This document shows, piece by piece, positions 59,759 through 64,000 of a stretch of DNA of 64,000 nucleotides. Each line of letters starts with the position of its first letter. The stretch's first letter is position 1. A program made the translations under genes and the position numbers. The stretch covers positions 96,001 through 160,000 of the forward strand of contig JBDHZC010000007.1 of NCBI GenBank assembly GCA_039811685.1, written 5' to 3'. Below the pieces are notes generated by a model. It saw only the letters and a program-made list of their open reading frames with translations, was not told the DNA's origin and ran no database searches. The stretch is from Armatimonadota bacterium. Its GTDB lineage: Bacteria > Armatimonadota > UBA5829 > DSUL01.

Positions 59759-62161
59759 ATGAACGAAGCCGAAACCAGAGCTGAACATATTGATCCCGCA
59801 CTGAAGGAGGCTGGCTGGGGCGTTGCAGAGGGCAGCCGCATCCTGCGCGAGCACCGCATCACCTTGGGGCGTATCGAGAGCAAGCATCAGGGCGTTCTGA
59901 AGCGGGCGGAGCCGACCGTCGCGGACTACGTGCTCGTAGTGCGCAACCGCAAGCTGGCCGTCATCGAAGCCAAACCCTGGGATGCGCCTGTGACCGAAGG
60001 TCTCGGAAAGGCCAAGCGCTATGCCGAGCTAATGGAGGCGCCCTTTGCGTTCTCTACCAACGGACAGGGCATTTACCGCGTGGATATGCGCTCCGGCACG
60101 GAAGGCCACGTCGCACAGTACCCCACACCGGAGGAGCTCTGGAACCTCACGTTCGGCGCGGGCAATGAATGGCGCGACCGCTTCGCCGCTGTTCTGCCTG
60201 CAGATGCGGGCAGTCAGTTTCAAACGCGCTACTACCAGGACATCGCCATCGAGCGCACGCTGCAGGCTATCGCGGATGGCAAGGACCGCCTGCTTCTGAC
60301 GCTGGCTACCGGCACAGGCAAGACGTTCATCGCCTTCCAGATCTGCTGGAAACTGTTTCACGCGCGCTGGAATCTGAGCCGCCAGCCCACACGCCTGCCA
60401 CGCATCCTGTTTCTGGCGGATCGCAATGTGCTCGCTAATCAGGCTTTCAACGCCTTTTCAAGGTTTCCAGACGACGCAATGACACGCGTTGACCCGGCCT
60501 CCATCCGCAGGAAAGGGCGAGTGCCGACTAACGCCAGCTTGTTCTTTACGATTTTTCAGACCTTTATGTGCGGCCCGGAGGTGGACGGAAAACCCTCACC
60601 CTACTTCGGTGACTATCCGGCTGATTTCTTCGACTTTATTATCATAGACGAATGCCACCGCGGCGGCGCAAGCAATGAGAGCACCTGGCGCGGGATTCTG
60701 GAATACTTCAAGCACGCCGTGCAGCTTGGGCTAACCGCAACGCCCCGCCGCGATGAGAACATTGACACCTATCGCTACTTCGGCGAACCGATCTATACCT
60801 ATTCGCTGAAGCAGGGCATCAACGACGGATACCTCACACCGTTTCGCCTGAAGCAGTACGCGACGACTATAGATGAGTATCTGTACGCGCCAGACGACGC
60901 AGTTGTCGAAGGGGAGATTGAGGAAGGCCGCCGCTACAAGGAATCAGACTTCAACCGCATCATCGAGATCAAAGAGCGCGAAAAGTTCCGCGTCAATCTA
61001 TTCATGCAGCAGATTGACCAGAATGAAAAAACCCTTGTATTCTGCGCTTCGCAGGAGCACGCCCTGGCCGTCCGAGACCTGATCAACGAGCTTAAGACAG
61101 TTGGCGACCCCAACTACTGTCACCGGGTGACGGCCGATGAGGGCGAATTAGGGGAGCTGCATCTGCGCGAGTTTCAAGACAACGAGCGCACGACCCCGAC
61201 CATTCTTACTACGTCGCACAAGCTGTCCACGGGCGTGGATGCGCTGAATATCCGGAATATCGTGCTGATGCGGCCAATCAGGTCGCTGATCGAGTTCAAA
61301 CAGATTATCGGCCGCGGAACGAGGCTCTACGAAGGCAAGGCGTACTTCACCATCCACGACTTTGTAAAAGCCTATGAACATTTCAACGATCCGGAGTGGG
61401 ACGGCGAACCTGTCGAGCCAGACCTCTGCCCGAAGTGTGGAGAGTCCCCCTGCACCTGCGAGAAAACCCCTCCTCCGCCTCCTCCAACATGCCCGGTGTG
61501 TGGTAAGAGCCCTTGCGAATGTCCGCGCGAACCTTGCCCCGTCTGCGGACAGGTTCGGTGTATCTGTAAACGCAACAGGATAGTCGTCAAGCTCGCGGAC
61601 GGGAAAGAGCGACGCCTGCAGGCGATGATGGCGACGGGCTTCTACCATCCGGACGGCAAGCCGATGTCCGCGCAGCAGTTTCTGGAGGCGCTGTTTGGGA
61701 GACTGCCGGAGTTCTTCAAGGATGAGGACGAGCTGCGCCAGATATGGGCTGACCCTGAAACCCGGACAAAGCTTCTCCAATCGCTCGAAACAGAGGGCTT
61801 CGGCCTGGAGGCGCTCCGGGAGATGCAGAGACTGATACAGGCTGAAGACAGCGATCTGTTCGACGTGCTGGCTTACGTGGCTTACGCGACCGACACGGTA
61901 ACTCGCGAACAGCGAGCCTCCCTTGCTATGCGGCGCATTGGGGCGGAGTACGAAGAGAAGCAGCGCGCCTTCATTGAGTTTGTGCTGGGGCACTATGTCA
62001 ACGTGGGTGTCGAGGAGCTCGCGCCGGAGAAACTGAACGCCCTGCTCAAGCTCCGGTACCATTCAGCCATCGCAGACGCAACAGCAGACCTCGGCTCACC
62101 CCGTCAGATACGGCAGATATTCGACGGATTTCAAAAGTACCTGTACGTTCCGCAGCAGTAG
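59759..62161 (+). CDS. hsdR: Type I RM restriction subunit (EcoAI/EcoEI-like)
   Basis: ADYVL...IEAK nuclease motif; ATGTGKT, DECHR, LTATP and QIIGRGTR helicase motifs; DSDLFDVL C-terminal domain. Confidence 0.95.
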   Translation: MNEAETRAEHIDPALKEAGWGVAEGSRILREHRITLGRIESKHQGVLKRAEPTVADYVLVVRNRKLAVIEAKPWDAPVTEGLGKAKRYAELMEAPFAFSTNGQGIYRVDMRSGTEGHVAQYPTPEELWNLTFGAGNEWRDRFAAVLPADAGSQFQTRYYQDIAIERTLQAIADGKDRLLLTLATGTGKTFIAFQICWKLFHARWNLSRQPTRLPRILFLADRNVLANQAFNAFSRFPDDAMTRVDPASIRRKGRVPTNASLFFTIFQTFMCGPEVDGKPSPYFGDYPADFFDFIIIDECHRGGASNESTWRGILEYFKHAVQLGLTATPRRDENIDTYRYFGEPIYTYSLKQGINDGYLTPFRLKQYATTIDEYLYAPDDAVVEGEIEEGRRYKESDFNRIIEIKEREKFRVNLFMQQIDQNEKTLVFCASQEHALAVRDLINELKTVGDPNYCHRVTADEGELGELHLREFQDNERTTPTILTTSHKLSTGVDALNIRNIVLMRPIRSLIEFKQIIGRGTRLYEGKAYFTIHDFVKAYEHFNDPEWDGEPVEPDLCPKCGESPCTCEKTPPPPPPTCPVCGKSPCECPREPCPVCGQVRCICKRNRIVVKLADGKERRLQAMMATGFYHPDGKPMSAQQFLEALFGRLPEFFKDEDELRQIWADPETRTKLLQSLETEGFGLEALREMQRLIQAEDSDLFDVLAYVAYATDTVTREQRASLAMRRIGAEYEEKQRAFIEFVLGHYVNVGVEELAPEKLNALLKLRYHSAIADATADLGSPRQIRQIFDGFQKYLYVPQQ

Positions 62162-62316
62162 CGATGGACATCTTTTGACACTGTCTGACACTCCACTTTC
62201 AGGTTCTCTGCCCACAGTTGGGTATGGCCCCCTACAGACGAAGAAGGATGAGACGGAACAGGCCGCGAGTTTGACACTCGCGGCCTGCAAGTACAAGCGC
62301 CTGTAGAGTGAGCCGC

Positions 62317-64000
62317 CTACGGATTGCGGACTTCCATTTCCGCGTCTCTGGACCTAGCCCTCAGCACACGGATGTTCTGTCCGTTGACCCTTTCAGCGGT
62401 GATCACTCCTACTATGGTCAGGTACTCTCCTTCCGCTGGAATGGACGAGGAGTCTATAATTTTTACTCCGCGCTGTCCCGGAATGAGCGGGTCCACCTGA
62501 CTGCCATCATCGAGAAGGAAGTAGGAGTCTATGTAGTTGACATAGGAAACACGGCCTGAGATCATCACAAGGAGGCCCTGGTTTTCCGCCCCATGACCGG
62601 CGCTGTCTATGTAGGTCTCACCGCCCAGACTCCGGTTGGTGATATAGCGGATTGGTGTGGTAGCCTGCGCGTCACCCAGCGTGAACGTCGCGTCACGCAG
62701 CACCCTCTCACCATTCGGATTAGTGCCTATAACGCCCTTGAGGCGCACGCTGTCTCCTACTGTCGAGATCCACGCTGTTCCCGAACCAGTCTTGCTGGCT
62801 GCTCCTGCTGAGGGCAGAGTGGGCATGGTGGTCTCAACGCGAATGCCAGCGCTTCCATCCGGATCCTGCGCATAGAACACGCCCGCCTCTCCCAGTGGAA
62901 CAAGCGTTACAACGCTGTCCGCTGTGAACTCCGCAAACGAATGGTCGGCAAGCTGGCGAGCCTTTCCAACGCTGGCAACTTCTGTAGGCTCAGGCGTCGC
63001 GCCGGTCAGGCGCACATCATCCACAGCCATCAGGTTGACCTGGAGGCCCCACAGCTGCACCAGCCGGACAAACACAGTCACCGCATTGGACTGTGCCACA
63101 ACAGGCGGAGTGGTGAAGTCATCCGTCCAGACACCAAGGTTCGTCTCTGGCGCTGGAAATATCCGGTAATCCTCCGACCACTTCTGGGCCCAGACTATGC
63201 CGGGATTCAACGGGTCCACACCACCCATCGGGTCAATCCCCACCCAGACCTGTACATCCGACCACTGCGCATCCCCAATCCCAAATGGGCCAGGGGTCTC
63301 TTCCGAGGCGTTCGCCGCTCTTGCGATTGTTACGTAGTCAAAGCTCGCTTGATAGGTCTCTCCGGGGACAGCCTGGACACGTTGGCACACACCACCCCCC
63401 TTTATCGTATGGCTGGCCATCGAGCCGAGGAAATAGCTTCCCTCGTTAGCCTTGACTAGGCCCCACCATTCCTGCGTCCCTGAAGACGGATATGGCCCCA
63501 CAAGACCATCCACGGCCAACGCCGGATAGACCGTGAAAGGCTTCCACGGCGCCAACGTATGCTGATACTGGTCATCCAGGTCGTCGAAGCCTCCATTGCG
63601 CAGGAAAGGCTCCGCCGGACCCGGTGTCTCGAACGTTGCATTTCGGGATACAGCGGCCTCATAGCCAGGGGCCTCGCTTACGACCCGATACGTGTAAACG
63701 TGCTGTGGGTCCAGTCCAGTCACAACAACCGAATGCTGCTGAGTCAGGCCGGTCTGCACGGTTTGCAGATCGTACTTGATGCCTTCATCGTCATTCTGCC
63801 AGTCTGGATCGTACTGAACCGTAGAAGCAGAGGGCACGTCCGTCTCCCAGATTATCTCGAAAGAGGAATCTGAGAGCTGCCGCGCCTGCGGGCCATCCAC
63901 AATGTTTATCAGTGGTTCTGTCGCCTCGGTGAGGGACACGTTGTCGATGTCCAGATGGGCGCCGTTTTCCGCGCCTTCTTTGGTGGCCTTGAGACCGGAT
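62317..64000 (-). CDS. Large secreted or surface protein (FN3-like + jelly-roll + OB-fold-like C-terminus); 5' end outside the window
   Basis: Frame stays open to 64000; W.TD....V.Y...H.V..TGL....Y.YRV FN3 pattern, LRNGGFD jelly-roll start, FY.QD..GIRV and GLLV..SG.V...YF.LDDGS repeats. Confidence 0.75.
   Translation of the reverse strand, partial: SGLKATKEGAENGAHLDIDNVSLTEATEPLINIVDGPQARQLSDSSFEIIWETDVPSASTVQYDPDWQNDDEGIKYDLQTVQTGLTQQHSVVVTGLDPQHVYTYRVVSEAPGYEAAVSRNATFETPGPAEPFLRNGGFDDLDDQYQHTLAPWKPFTVYPALAVDGLVGPYPSSGTQEWWGLVKANEGSYFLGSMASHTIKGGGVCQRVQAVPGETYQASFDYVTIARAANASEETPGPFGIGDAQWSDVQVWVGIDPMGGVDPLNPGIVWAQKWSEDYRIFPAPETNLGVWTDDFTTPPVVAQSNAVTVFVRLVQLWGLQVNLMAVDDVRLTGATPEPTEVASVGKARQLADHSFAEFTADSVVTLVPLGEAGVFYAQDPDGSAGIRVETTMPTLPSAGAASKTGSGTAWISTVGDSVRLKGVIGTNPNGERVLRDATFTLGDAQATTPIRYITNRSLGGETYIDSAGHGAENQGLLVMISGRVSYVNYIDSYFLLDDGSQVDPLIPGQRGVKIIDSSSIPAEGEYLTIVGVITAERVNGQNIRVLRARSRDAEMEVRNP

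Noticed and set aside
56054..62316. RM locus as a mobile element
   Set aside because: No integrase, transposase, tRNA target or flanking direct repeats seen; horizontal origin is plausible but unsupported.

Overview
GC-rich bacterial chromosomal window, probably Armatimonadota or a similar Terrabacteria lineage (inferred from gene content and protein styles, not proven). Most of it is core genome. Minus strand: rpsB-tsf-pyrH-frr-uppS-dxr-rseP-ispG-GNAT-proS-mgtC-prfC, plus an incomplete complex I operon (nuoA-E-F-H-J-K-L-M-N, with no B/C/D/G/I). Middle: a CDF metal exporter and a loose surface-glycan region (Wzz-like, O-antigen-ligase/TPR, two GT2, HAD) divergent from fliC-fliD-fliS-fliT-like, then an M14 peptidase and a beta-propeller protein. 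Plus strand: dprA-topA-trmFO, a PEP-CTERM gene, nusA-ylxR-infB-ylxP-rbfA-nrnA-truB-ribF, thuA-Gfo and a type I restriction-modification locus. The window ends in a truncated large surface protein. Best leads: (1) a zeta-toxin-like P-loop kinase plus small partner placed between hsdS and hsdR, the slot PrrC occupies in EcoprrI, next to an HsdR with three Cys-rich repeats; (2) a perfect sigma54 promoter followed by about 470 nt of densely structured non-coding sequence ahead of the PEP-CTERM gene; (3) the complex I operon lacking the quinone module; (4) an apparent non-canonical start codon for rseP; (5) a CDF with a CxxCxxCxxC tail. No rRNA, tRNA, CRISPR array, integrase or transposase was found. 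All family calls come from motif recognition by eye; no searches were run.
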